From the NCBI GenBank assembly GCA_021735285.1, contig JAIPHI010000002.1:1-35825 (forward strand): a stretch of 35,825 bases of DNA, in the 5' to 3' direction. The DNA comes from Fidelibacterota bacterium. Lineage in GTDB: Bacteria > Fidelibacterota > UBA2242 > JAFGTP01. Under the pieces are notes generated by a model. That model saw only the letters and a program-made list of their open reading frames with translations, was not told the origin of the DNA and did no database searches. Both the position numbers and the translations under genes were made by a program. Below are positions 9,227 through 19,600 of the stretch, piece after piece (the first letter of the stretch is position 1; each line of letters starts with the position of its first letter).

Positions 9227-10166
9227 TGGAACCTCCTTGTTCAACAGTTAGTTTTCTGAATACATCTTCAAGACTTGTTCTTGATCGGCTCATTTCCAGG
9301 ATTTTCCATTCATTATTAACAGCAAATTCAAAAATTTCCTCCCTGGGATCGATTGTATTGGGATATTCCAATTTTAATTTTGCACCTTCCTTACTATCAT
9401 CAATTTCTACAATTTTGATCTTATTATCGATTTCAGAAATGCTTTCCAGCTTTTTTTCATCTGCATTTTTGAGCTCCATCTCAAGTAGTGTATCACCTCT
9501 GAATTTTGCCATTAGTTCATCCAGGGTTCCATCGGCTGCAATTTTACCTTCATTAATGATCACCATCCTATCTGCTGTAGCCTGAATTTCCTGTAAAATA
9601 TGGCTGGAAATCAAAACTGTTTTCTTTTTACCGAGAGTTTTGATCAATTCGCGAATTTCAGCGATCTGATTGGGATCGAGTCCGGAAGTAGGTTCATCCA
9701 GTATTAAGATACTGGGATCATGAATAATAGCCTGAGCTAAACCGACTCTCTGTTTGTAACCCTTGGAAAGGACACCAATCTCCCGGTGGATAACCCTCTT
9801 TAAACCACATACCTCAATAACTTCCTTGATGCGATCTTTAATAAGATTATCATCAATTTTTCGCATTTTGGCTACGAATTTCAAAAAATCATAGACTATC
9901 ATATCCTCATACAGAGGATTGTGTTCGGGCAAATATCCGAGATTATTCCGGATTTCAAAGGAGTCTTCGATGACATTATAATCATCGACAAAAATATTAC
10001 CTTCGCTAGGTGCCAAATAGGATGTCATTATCTGCATAGTCGTAGTTTTTCCAGCCCCATTTGGCCCTAAAAAGCCAAGAATCTCTCCATCCTGCACTTG
10101 AAAATTGATTTGATCCAATGCCCGAAACGAACCATAATACTTTGTTAAATTTTCAATTCGTATCAT
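9216..10166 (-). CDS. ABC transporter ATP-binding protein, GldA-like
   Basis: Walker A GPNGAGKTT, signature LSKGYKQRV and Walker B ILILDEPTSGLD. The ORF-track start is a GTG abutting GGAGAG. The ATG two codons downstream (10164-10166) has proper 5-nt spacing from that SD. Confidence 0.9.
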   Translation of the reverse strand: MIRIENLTKYYGSFRALDQINFQVQDGEILGFLGPNGAGKTTTMQIMTSYLAPSEGNIFVDDYNVIEDSFEIRNNLGYLPEHNPLYEDMIVYDFLKFVAKMRKIDDNLIKDRIKEVIEVCGLKRVIHREIGVLSKGYKQRVGLAQAIIHDPSILILDEPTSGLDPNQIAEIRELIKTLGKKKTVLISSHILQEIQATADRMVIINEGKIAADGTLDELMAKFRGDTLLEMELKNADEKKLESISEIDNKIKIVEIDDSKEGAKLKLEYPNTIDPREEIFEFAVNNEWKILEMSRSRTSLEDVFRKLTVEQGGSNEN

Positions 10167-10508
10167 AGACACTCTCCAAATTTCATTATTATTTTAACAT
10201 TTACAATTCAAATAAAACTAGATTATTTCTCATATATATCAATTTATAAATGTGGACTGAGAAGTATTTCATCACTATGGAATATACTTATTTAAATCTA
10301 TTCGACAATTTCCTTAGATTATGCAGTAATTTCCCCTACCTACTTTTTACATTATTTTAATTAGATGGTCATCATATTAAGAGTACTAATTCATAGTTTA
10401 TATTAAAATTACAGCTCGTTAATATACAAAAAAATTAATAAAATGTTCCAGAAAAAAAATTAATTTGTTTTTATAGTAAAAGCTGCATCCAATGGGGGGC
10501 GAATTTTT

Positions 10509-10526
10509 AAATTCAGATCTGAATTT
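10509..10526. repeat. Perfect 18-bp palindrome AAATTCAGATCTGAATTT, function unknown
   Basis: Read directly from the sequence. It lies 34-51 nt downstream of the lgt stop, in the 387-bp AT-rich gap upstream of the GldA-like operon. There is no flanking T-run. Confidence 0.5.
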
Positions 10527-10559
10527 GCTGATTCTAAAACTTAAATTTTATCTAATTTA

Positions 10560-11390
10560 TTATTTTCCCTTATCAAGCTCTGTCTTCGGTTGTTTAGCAA
10601 ACCATTTAAAAATGATAGCTCCCGTTATAATCAAAAATAGTGATGAGAATTGATAATTAGTTAGCCCCAAAAAGCCTTCCGGGTTAATCCTGATAAATTC
10701 GATAAGAAAGCGTTCCGTACCAGTGATAATAAAATACAAAGCAAAAGTGGACCAGCGATATTTTAATTTTGGACGAATATATTTGATGAGAATGAATGCC
10801 ATTATAAAATTAAAACCCATTTCATATAACTGAGTGGGATGCACAGGCATAGGATGATTGGCTGAATATTCGATTAAACCTTCCTGGATTTGATGATGAA
10901 AAGCATTACTGCCTCTGGGGAATGTCACACCTAAAAAACTATTAGTACAAACACCATGACAACAACCGGCAAAGAAACATCCGATTCTGCCTATTCCGTG
11001 TCCAATCAAAAGAAGAGGAGCAATTATATCAGCATACATTCCCAGCGGTTTTCTCTTTTTTAGAAGAAATAAAATTACAGCAATGGTGCCTCCGATTAAT
11101 CCGCCATGAAAAACCAAACCGGAACCGGAAAAGATCATCCCCAAAGGGTCCTGTAGAGTCCGTGAAAAATGCTCAAATAAATAAAATAACCGTCCTCCGA
11201 CAATACCTCCGATTGCAGCCCAGAAAACAATATCCGCCGCAATAATAGGATCCTGTTTCCGTCTTTTAACTTCCCATTGCAAAATAAAGTAACAGGTTAA
11301 AAAAGCAACGGCCATCATAAATCCATAAGTGCGGATAGTGAGATCACCAATGATCGGTAGATTTTCGAATTTGAATAATGTTGGATGCAT
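10560..11390 (-). CDS. lgt: Prolipoprotein diacylglyceryl transferase
   Basis: 276 aa and polytopic. The conserved pattern ...TIRTYGFMMAVAF..., GGRLFY and HGIGRIGCFFAGCCHG matches Lgt. ATG start, 2 nt after the nitroreductase stop. Confidence 0.9.
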   Translation of the reverse strand: MHPTLFKFENLPIIGDLTIRTYGFMMAVAFLTCYFILQWEVKRRKQDPIIAADIVFWAAIGGIVGGRLFYLFEHFSRTLQDPLGMIFSGSGLVFHGGLIGGTIAVILFLLKKRKPLGMYADIIAPLLLIGHGIGRIGCFFAGCCHGVCTNSFLGVTFPRGSNAFHHQIQEGLIEYSANHPMPVHPTQLYEMGFNFIMAFILIKYIRPKLKYRWSTFALYFIITGTERFLIEFIRINPEGFLGLTNYQFSSLFLIITGAIIFKWFAKQPKTELDKGK

Positions 11391-11392
11391 AT

Positions 11393-11983
11393 TTAATCCT
11401 TAAAAGAGTTTACTGTTAAAATATCTTCTAGGGAGCGTTTGGGAACGTGTAATTTACCCTGTTCGTCCTGCCAGTATTTAATATCATCTTCATAAGGTTC
11501 TACTACTGGCTTTTCAGCAGGATAACCAATTGCAATTACCGAATCGATCTTATATTTATCCGGAACATTAAACTTAGTTCTAAATTGCTCTCTATCAACT
11601 GAAAGTAGCCAGCACGTGCCTATCCCATATGCCCAGGCTGCAATAATAAAATTTTCAATCGCAGCGCCTGTTTCATAAGCAGGTTTGATCTGTTTTTTTT
11701 CTTGATTTAAAAGCACTGTTAAATATGCGGTGGGTCGCTGATCCGGTTGGGGATCCCCAGCGGGTTGAATATATGCGGCCCATTGTAGTAGAGGGAAAAT
11801 TTGATCACACTTATCATTGTCATCAACATAGAAGTATTCCAGAGGTTGGAGATTAGCTGCTGAGGGTGATAAGCGGGCCGTATCAATACAAGCCCGAATA
11901 ATCTCCCGGGGTAGTTCTTTCTGTGAAAATTGTCTAATAGATCTTCTTGTCTTTAATAATTCTATGACTTCTTTGCCATTCAT
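11393..11983 (-). CDS. Nitroreductase-family protein
   Basis: 196 aa, with an N-terminal LLKTRRSIRQF motif and SPSAANLQP, both typical of the family. AAAGGAG SD. Confidence 0.85.
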   Translation of the reverse strand: MNGKEVIELLKTRRSIRQFSQKELPREIIRACIDTARLSPSAANLQPLEYFYVDDNDKCDQIFPLLQWAAYIQPAGDPQPDQRPTAYLTVLLNQEKKQIKPAYETGAAIENFIIAAWAYGIGTCWLLSVDREQFRTKFNVPDKYKIDSVIAIGYPAEKPVVEPYEDDIKYWQDEQGKLHVPKRSLEDILTVNSFKD

Positions 11984-11996
11984 GTCAAGACTCCTT

Positions 11997-12839
11997 TTAT
12001 TGGATATCTATATTTGCTGATAATGGTAGATGGGTTGAGATTTTTCTTGTTAATTCTGTATGAAGGATTTTACCTTCTAAAATTTTTATATTTTTGCTAA
12101 AAAACAGGTGATCGTATCTTTGTTCCGGATTTTTAGCCGGGAAGGAATACTTTAATTCGCTATGATCAAAAATGGAGTAATAGCTTTTGTTTAAATCCAA
12201 AATTTCCCTGTTATCGACTTGTGCCGGGACTGTTGCGGCTATGATGACATGTTGCTTATTAAGTCCTCTTTCGGAAATAAAATTTTCTAATTCCGTTAAC
12301 CTGATTTTGAAATTATCTTTTTTAAGTGAAGTGGTCAATACATGCAGCTCGATTCCTTCGTAACCGAGGGCTACATATAGAAAGGCATTTTGGTCCTTAT
12401 TACGCTCTCTGAATAGAACATTTTGGGCAAATTCTATAGGGAACCTTGTGTAAATAGCATTACCTGACCAGCCATCTCCAATTTGAAAGGCTTCACCCCA
12501 ACTATGTTGCATTTTAAGTGTTTCCCTCAATTTTCTAGGCTGATTTATATAACCGGACCTTTTAACACCGTTATCGATTGAATTGATACAGAGTATATCC
12601 GGTTGCTCTTGTTGGATCAATTCGTTGATATAGCCCAAATTTGATTTATTCTGGGGAGTAAGACCATGGTTAATATTGTATTGCATAACACGAATATGGC
12701 CGGGATAAAGAATAACTCTTTTTTGCTCCCTTCGGTCTTCACGCATCCCCAGGTAAAGACCTATTCCAATGCTGACAATAAATAATATTATAAGAGTAAA
12801 TGTAAGGACAATAGTTCTTTTTTTCACAATTATCTCCAT
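11997..12839 (-). CDS. Endonuclease/exonuclease/phosphatase (EEP) family protein, membrane-anchored
   Basis: 280 aa, with an N-terminal TM segment. It has an MQYNINHG-type first motif and a C-terminal ...YDHLFFS... motif typical of EEP. The start is ambiguous: the ATG at 12839 lacks an SD, while the GTG at 12827 has GGAGA 5 nt upstream. Confidence 0.7.
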   Translation of the reverse strand: MEIIVKKRTIVLTFTLIILFIVSIGIGLYLGMREDRREQKRVILYPGHIRVMQYNINHGLTPQNKSNLGYINELIQQEQPDILCINSIDNGVKRSGYINQPRKLRETLKMQHSWGEAFQIGDGWSGNAIYTRFPIEFAQNVLFRERNKDQNAFLYVALGYEGIELHVLTTSLKKDNFKIRLTELENFISERGLNKQHVIIAATVPAQVDNREILDLNKSYYSIFDHSELKYSFPAKNPEQRYDHLFFSKNIKILEGKILHTELTRKISTHLPLSANIDIQ

Positions 12840-13024
12840 TCAGACTATATTAATTATCCGGACTTATATTTTATTCAATAATTGTATTAAGGGCAAACTT
12901 CTATCATTTATATCTTTTTAAAATCACTCAACCCGTTTTTAATTTATATGAACCCAGATCAGTCTCAATACAGCAGCAATAATAAATTTTTAAGCTATGA
13001 AAGTATTCCGTAAAATAGCTTTAT

Positions 13025-13414
13025 CTATGAAATTTTCACCCATACATTACGGGTTCTGGGGCCATCAAACTCACAGAAGAATATCCCTTGCCAGGTACCT
13101 AATTGAAGACTACCATTATCAAGAATTACCTGAACAGTATTACCTACAAGTGAAGATTTTATATGCGAATCCGAGTTGCCTTCGGCATGGGAATAATTTT
13201 CATTTTTTGGAACCATTTTTTTAAGTTTTCTTTCTATGTCTGAGGCCACACTGGGATCAGCACTTTCGTTGATGGTGATAGCTCCCGTTGTATGAGGGCA
13301 GTAAACAGTACATACACCGTCTTTTACACCGCTATCTTTTACTGCTGATTGTACTCTTCTGGTTATATCGATCAATTCATTTCTAGTAGTTGTACTTATT
13401 GAAAATTTTTCCAT
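13025..13414 (-). CDS. yjbQ: YjbQ/UPF0047 family protein (secondary thiamine-phosphate synthase enzyme)
   Basis: The conserved CPHTTGAITINESADPSV and HIKSSL motifs are present. I move the start to the ATG at 13412-13414 (MEKFSIST...), which has GGAGG 4 nt upstream. Confidence 0.85.
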   Translation of the reverse strand: MEKFSISTTTRNELIDITRRVQSAVKDSGVKDGVCTVYCPHTTGAITINESADPSVASDIERKLKKMVPKNENYSHAEGNSDSHIKSSLVGNTVQVILDNGSLQLGTWQGIFFCEFDGPRTRNVWVKIS

Positions 13415-13475
13415 AATACCTCCCATATTATATTTTTTTATAAAATCTTATCTCATGAATTAAATCATAAAAATA

Positions 13476-14744
13476 TTAGGTCTTCCTTTTCTTCTTCTTG
13501 GCTGAGGGGAATAAAACATTATTAAGAATTAATCTATAACCGGGTGAATGTTTATGAAGCTCCAAGCGTGTTTTTGGATCGCCAACATAATGTTTGTAAT
13601 CCTCAGGATCATGCCCTCCCAGAAATGTAAATGTTCCCTGGCCTTGATTGCCATGCAGATATTTAACCTGCTTACCATCTTTTACCTCTCCGAGAACAAC
13701 CACTGATTCTTTGATCTTACTGCGTAAAAAGCCGGTTGTTTGCCCCATAAAACCTTTCACAATATTCTGATGATTTTGTGTTAACATAGTGGGCACTGGG
13801 TCATATTTTGCAGAAAATTGAAACAAATTAAAATAATCCGCCATTGCTCCTCGGGCAACCGGATTATTACTGGGGGGATAATCTATATCTGAAAATTCAT
13901 AGACCATAGGGCTGGTGTACAATTTAAAATCTTTGAAAGCCAGAGTATTGGAATAATTAAGTTTTTTCTGTAGATTGGGTTCCGGTGGGTCACCGTCAAA
14001 AGGGCTGGCCACAATGTCCACACCTTGTGAAGCCAGGGCAATATCGAGTGCATCGGTTGCTGCACACATAGCAAATAAAAAACCACCTTCATTAACAAAT
14101 TTTTTAATTTTGGCGGCTACCGCTTTTTTCTGTTGAGACACGCTTTCAAAACCTAACTCCCGGGCCAGTGCTTCGTATTGTTGTTTCTGATCTTTATACC
14201 ATTTGTGGTTTCTGTAATTGGCATAAAATTTTCCATACTGCCCTGTGAAATCTTCATGGTGTAAATGTAGCCAATCATATTCATTAAGCTTTTCATTTAA
14301 AACTTCTTTATCCCAGACCTTGTCATAATCTATTTCAGCATAGGTAAGAGCCATTGTCACAGCATCATCCCAGGGCTGAGTGTTGGGTGGCGTGTAGATA
14401 GCGATTTTGGCGGCTTTTTCCAGTAAGGCAATATCCATATTGTTTTTATCTATTGTTGAATAGATCTGCATCACTGAAGAATTACCGGGTCTTTCAAAAT
14501 TGACTCCCCTTAAGCGCATCTCTTCGATTATTGCAGGGCGAGTATCTGTCATGAAGGAACCGCCGCGATAATTCAACAGCCATTCAACATTCTGGCCTTG
14601 TTTAAGTATCCAGTAAACAACGCCATAAGCTTTGAGATGGTCCGTTTGAGAGCGATCCATGGGGATTAAGACTTTGGCTGCGAAAGATATGTGAATTGAA
14701 AGTAAAATTAAGATTACCAACAATATCTTCTTAAGTTTTGGCAT
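13476..14744 (-). CDS. Exported class-I glutamine-amidotransferase/ThuA-like fold protein of unknown function (homologues are, as I recall, often mislabelled asparagine synthetase B)
   Basis: 422 aa with a signal peptide (LLVILILLSIHISFA). It has EGGFLFAMCAATD (Cys227 at a nucleophile-elbow-like position) and a C-terminal LGGHDPED (His-x-x-Glu). It is the last gene of the coupled operon, 12 nt after the TPR stop. Confidence 0.5.
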   Translation of the reverse strand: MPKLKKILLVILILLSIHISFAAKVLIPMDRSQTDHLKAYGVVYWILKQGQNVEWLLNYRGGSFMTDTRPAIIEEMRLRGVNFERPGNSSVMQIYSTIDKNNMDIALLEKAAKIAIYTPPNTQPWDDAVTMALTYAEIDYDKVWDKEVLNEKLNEYDWLHLHHEDFTGQYGKFYANYRNHKWYKDQKQQYEALARELGFESVSQQKKAVAAKIKKFVNEGGFLFAMCAATDALDIALASQGVDIVASPFDGDPPEPNLQKKLNYSNTLAFKDFKLYTSPMVYEFSDIDYPPSNNPVARGAMADYFNLFQFSAKYDPVPTMLTQNHQNIVKGFMGQTTGFLRSKIKESVVVLGEVKDGKQVKYLHGNQGQGTFTFLGGHDPEDYKHYVGDPKTRLELHKHSPGYRLILNNVLFPSAKKKKRKT

Positions 14745-14756
14745 ATTTCCACTTCT

Positions 14757-16646
14757 TTAATTTTCTGATAATTTCCTTAATGTTTTACGAGCTTTCTCAA
14801 CATTAATATCATTTGGATAGTTAACTACCAATTCTTGATACCAATGTTTGGCCATTTTACTATCTTGCTTTTGATCCTTGGCGACTTCAGCCAACATGTA
14901 AATTACATCTCCTCGATAAATACTGGTACTGTCCATTTTTGACACCAGTTTTTCGGCCTTCTGATAATTTTTGAAATATAATTCCAGTTGAATACTCCGA
15001 AATAAGGCCGGCTCATATACAGCACTGGAATAATTGTTAACAATATAATTATAGGTATTCCTGGCTTTTGCCAGCTTATCCTGTCTCAGTTCGATCTCAC
15101 CCTGAATGAAATCCTGGTAACCCTTTGCATCTTTGATCTTTTGCACAAAAATATAGAATTCCAGAATATCATTATATTGCTTCTCTTGAAAATCTAATTT
15201 ATTAAGAGCTTGATTGGCAAGTGAATCTATATTTTTATGATTATTGTAAAATTCGAAAAGCAGAAGATCAGGATACAATTTTTTCTTATATTTTGTATTA
15301 ACCCGGGGAAATATTTTTTCTATTTCCGCCAGGGCTTCCTGTTTCTCTCCGCGAGCCAGATAAGTATGCGCCAGTTTGCTAGTACATTTAATCCGAAAGT
15401 CATAATTCCCAGCCTGTTTGTAGGCAGTCCTGAAAAATTTCAAAGCTGCATCAAAATCACGGGCGCCTACCAGTGATAAATTCCCCAGTCTATAATTAAC
15501 TTCTGCTGAAAATTGGGCTTTCTGGTTTTGATGCAATAAAGTATCATAAATAGAAAATGCCTCTTCAAGATACTTTAAATCCGAGTCTATTCCATAGTAG
15601 TATATACTCTTGAAAAAATAATTATTAGGATAGAAGTAATTGAAAATATTGGTCTTGCGGTCTTCTATCTTTTTCTCAGCAATATTTGCAATGCCTAAAA
15701 AAGCCTGATGATGAATACTATTTAAATTTTGATTTTTAAGAATTCTGTAATAAGTGCTTTCCGCCTCTGCAAATTCTTTCTCTTTGATTAGATTTTCACA
15801 CAGCTTTTTTATATGCTGACCTGAATAATTATGGGCTTGTTCGATATTCATAGTGGTTTCAATTGCACGTTCATACTGTTTGTATTTGAAATATAATTTG
15901 GCTTTAATTTCTAGCAAATTAGTATTTTTTGTATTGGAAGGAATTTCGTTTTTCAAATAGTTTTCTATTTGATCAAAGGTGCTTTTATTGTCCGGAAATT
16001 TTAAAAGATTGCGGGTAATGTGATCGTATTGTCCTCTATGGCGGGCGTATTTTAAAAATTCATGGAGAGCCTCCTGATATTTTGCCTGATTTCTATATAG
16101 TTGTCCCAGTTCAAGAGCCATTAATTGATCATTATCATATCGCTCCCGAAATTTTTTGACCAGGTCTTCACTTTTTTCATACTCCTTTAATCTAACATAT
16201 TGCATAAATAATTTTCTATAAACCATCTCGGAGTGTTCGAAATTATCCAGAAATTCATTCCACTGTTGATAGGCACTCTCTTTCTTACCCATTTTATAAT
16301 ATGCTTCACCAAGGTTTAGCCAGGCACTTTGATCACTATCCTTTCTCTTTAGATAACTTTCCAGCACACTGGCCATTTCTTCAAATTTGGACTTTTTATA
16401 AAGGAGCCTAATATAACTTTTTAAATAGGTGGATTTTTTAGGTTTTTGCTTGTGCAGATATTTATAGATCTCTAAAGCATCATCAATGCGTCCGTTTTTC
16501 TCCAATTGGGCAGCCATTTGATATCTTTTTTGGAGCTCCTGATGAGTAGAGTCCACTTCTTTCCAGTTTTGAGCTTTAATAGGCATAAAGAGAGCTACAA
16601 TAATAATTATGTAGAAAATTATGCTGATATTTTTAATATATTGCAT
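14757..16646 (-). CDS. TPR-repeat protein with an N-terminal signal/anchor
   Basis: 629 aa. It has a hydrophobic N-terminus (IIFYIIIIVALFMPIKA) and many 34-aa W/Y/A-patterned repeats (e.g. AWLNLGEAYYKMGKKESAYQQWNEF). Its ATG overlaps the upstream stop (TAATG). Confidence 0.8.
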   Translation of the reverse strand: MQYIKNISIIFYIIIIVALFMPIKAQNWKEVDSTHQELQKRYQMAAQLEKNGRIDDALEIYKYLHKQKPKKSTYLKSYIRLLYKKSKFEEMASVLESYLKRKDSDQSAWLNLGEAYYKMGKKESAYQQWNEFLDNFEHSEMVYRKLFMQYVRLKEYEKSEDLVKKFRERYDNDQLMALELGQLYRNQAKYQEALHEFLKYARHRGQYDHITRNLLKFPDNKSTFDQIENYLKNEIPSNTKNTNLLEIKAKLYFKYKQYERAIETTMNIEQAHNYSGQHIKKLCENLIKEKEFAEAESTYYRILKNQNLNSIHHQAFLGIANIAEKKIEDRKTNIFNYFYPNNYFFKSIYYYGIDSDLKYLEEAFSIYDTLLHQNQKAQFSAEVNYRLGNLSLVGARDFDAALKFFRTAYKQAGNYDFRIKCTSKLAHTYLARGEKQEALAEIEKIFPRVNTKYKKKLYPDLLLFEFYNNHKNIDSLANQALNKLDFQEKQYNDILEFYIFVQKIKDAKGYQDFIQGEIELRQDKLAKARNTYNYIVNNYSSAVYEPALFRSIQLELYFKNYQKAEKLVSKMDSTSIYRGDVIYMLAEVAKDQKQDSKMAKHWYQELVVNYPNDINVEKARKTLRKLSEN

Positions 16647-19600
16647 TATTCCGTAGTCTCTTTTTGATTATTGTTATTTGACAACTCTTCAAAGTACAAT
16701 CGAATTAATTCTTCATATTCATGAGAGTAATTATTACTCAATGCTTCTTCCAGTCGCTGTCTGAGATAATTCTCTTTTTCTCCCAAATCAGAAGGCAGAG
16801 TTGCAGGTCCAGTGTATTCCTGGTCTTCAGCGGATGTACTTTTTCTTTTCTTTTTGTAGCCCTGGGTGCGGAGTGATTTTTGAGCATCCAGCATTCTGGT
16901 CAAAATCCGATTTTGTCTATCCAGAGTCTTTTGTAAAATCTTATTATTACGCAGGTCTTCTATAACTTTTTCCATATCCTTACCAGCACCTTCCAGGGAT
17001 TTTCCACTACCTTGGGCCTGACCTTGACTCTGTTTCTGGAGTTCTTCCAAAGACTTTCTGATCTGTTGCTGGCGAGCAGCCAATTGTTGCAGCCCGGATT
17101 GGCCTTGACCAAATAACGAAGGTTGAGAACCACTACCCTGCATTTGTTGGGTTTGTTGATTTAATTTCTGTTGTTGCTGAGCCATTTGTTGCAATCTTTT
17201 CATATAATTTTCAAAACCAGTGGAAGAGCCGGAACTTTGTAAATTCTGTAGAGAAGATAGCATTATTTTACTTCCCATATTCAGAGATCGTAGGGCTCCT
17301 TGGCCATTTTTTGCTGCTTGTCTTGTATCCCTATCTTCCATCGCCCTTATTGATTGATTCATATTATTGTAGGATTGGCCCATTACTTGACCAATTTTAG
17401 ATGATAGACCCATAGTTTGTTTTGACAATTCATTCATCTGTTGTAGAAGATTATTCAAGTTACTACGGAGTCTATCCTGTTCTACTGCTACATCCATAAG
17501 ACGACTGCTATGGGCTGGTGTCTGCTTGATTTTTTGATTAAGATCTTCCTGTTTTTTAGCAAGATTCAGAGAGTTTTTGATTACTTTATGAAATTCCTGA
17601 GCAATAGCTTGCATACTATTTTTCTTATAATTCTCTCTCATTTGTTGCAATTGTTGCTGGAATTGTTTCAATTGCTGCTCGGTCTGTTGCGATTTATTCT
17701 GAGCCTGCTGCCTTTGTTTATTTTGCAAATTTTGTTGGATTTGTTTCATTTGACCGGTAATATCTTGCTTCTCCATCTGATCTAGAATGCTCTGCATCTT
17801 TTCATGAGGCATAAGGGGTATATTCTCCATATCTTTGGTTGTCCGGCGCATTATATCCTCAGCGATTTCAGTATCATTTTGAATGTCGGATTCCTGCTTT
17901 GCCAGTCTGTTTGTTTGGTCAGAAGAAACTGTATCCAATTTTTTGCTCATCTCCTCCTGGCGTTTGGTTACATCCTCAATCCTTTTAACCAACTCATCCA
18001 TAGCTTGTTCAGCTTTAATTTTTTTAAATAGTTCCATTTGTCGATCGATTTCTTTTTCAAAATCATCTCGGGAGACCTGAAACTTTTCCAGTGCTTTTTT
18101 AGTTTTGTTAGGATTCATCTGATCCACAGCTTTTTGTAGGTCCTGCATCGCTTTTTTTAATTCCGGTGACATGATTTCCTGGAATGTCTCCTGCAGCTGC
18201 ATATATTTCTGAAGAGTTTCTTTATCAAATAGATTATTTTTCTGAGCTTTTTTTATGACTTTTTCTATTTTATTACTTATTTCCTCCATCTTTTTTTCAA
18301 GTTTCCCAGTCTTCTTCATTTCTTCTTTGATCTGTTGCTTCTGCTCCCAGCTGATTTTTCTATTTTTTAATAATTTACGATGGGCTTTTTCAATCACTTC
18401 TTTGGTGCTCTTTAATTGGCTAATTATCTCCTGGCCCTCTTTATAGATACCTTGTTGTTCATTTTTGACATCTGAATAAAGATCATTTAAAGAGGGGAAA
18501 AGAGCTGTAAATAATTTCGACTTTGTTTTTTTAGGTCCTTTAATCCGGTCATTATCGGCGACTATGATTTTAAATTGTATTTTATCCTCCGGAGAAAGAT
18601 TGTATGCATTTAGATCCCAATCGTAAAACACTTCCTGGAGTGAGTTTGTTTTAGGATCATAATCCATAGCCTGATACTTGTATTGATTTTTATTCTGATC
18701 ATATTTTCTATGAATTTTAAATTGAATATTTAGCTTCGAGATTCCAAAATCATCACCGATTTGAGCAGTGATTGGAATATTCATAGACTCATCCAGTTTT
18801 ATATCTCCACTAGGGGATAATACATTTAAACGCGGATATTTATCCGGAATTGTTGTTATATTATAGGAGATCGGCTTAATATTTGATACTCCATTCGGAT
18901 CATAAATTTTAAAGTGGAAGGCATGATTGCCATCGATTTGAAAGCTACCCACAGCAGTATGATCACTAATATTCATCGCGATATTTGTACTATCGTCAAT
19001 TATTATCGCGCCTTGCTCCAATTCTTTATTACTCTGCAGGGTGAATGTTATTTCCGAGCCTGGCAATGCAAAATATTCAGTTTTTTTTGTATCCTGAACT
19101 TTTTCTTCCTTACCTGTATATTCCGGATACTCAATTCTGGATTGAATGGCTATTATTTCCGGACGGTCAGTAACAATTATTGAGTCTATATTGGAACTAA
19201 TTCTATCCCAGGGAATGAAAATGGAATGATTCTCAACAAAGGCTTCATATTTAAAATTGCGTCGTACATTCTGAAGTGTAAAAGTACCATAACCATTTGA
19301 ATCAATTGGTACGGTTTCGATTTTTTTATAATCTTCGTATCTAAGGCCTAACTGCAATTGATGAGGATAATTGCCCTGACATTTAAATTCGAAACGAACA
19401 GTGTCCCCACCCAGAATATTGTTCTGATCGGATAAATTTTGAATAGTAAAAGGCAATGGTACTTCGAATTTTTTATCCGGATGACTTATTCTTTTGGCTG
19501 CATTCAAATAATATGTTCTGAATGGTAAAAGAATGACAGATATTAAGAGTAGTTCTCCAGTCAGTAGTTTTAAAACTCCTGCAAATTGATCAATGGAAAC

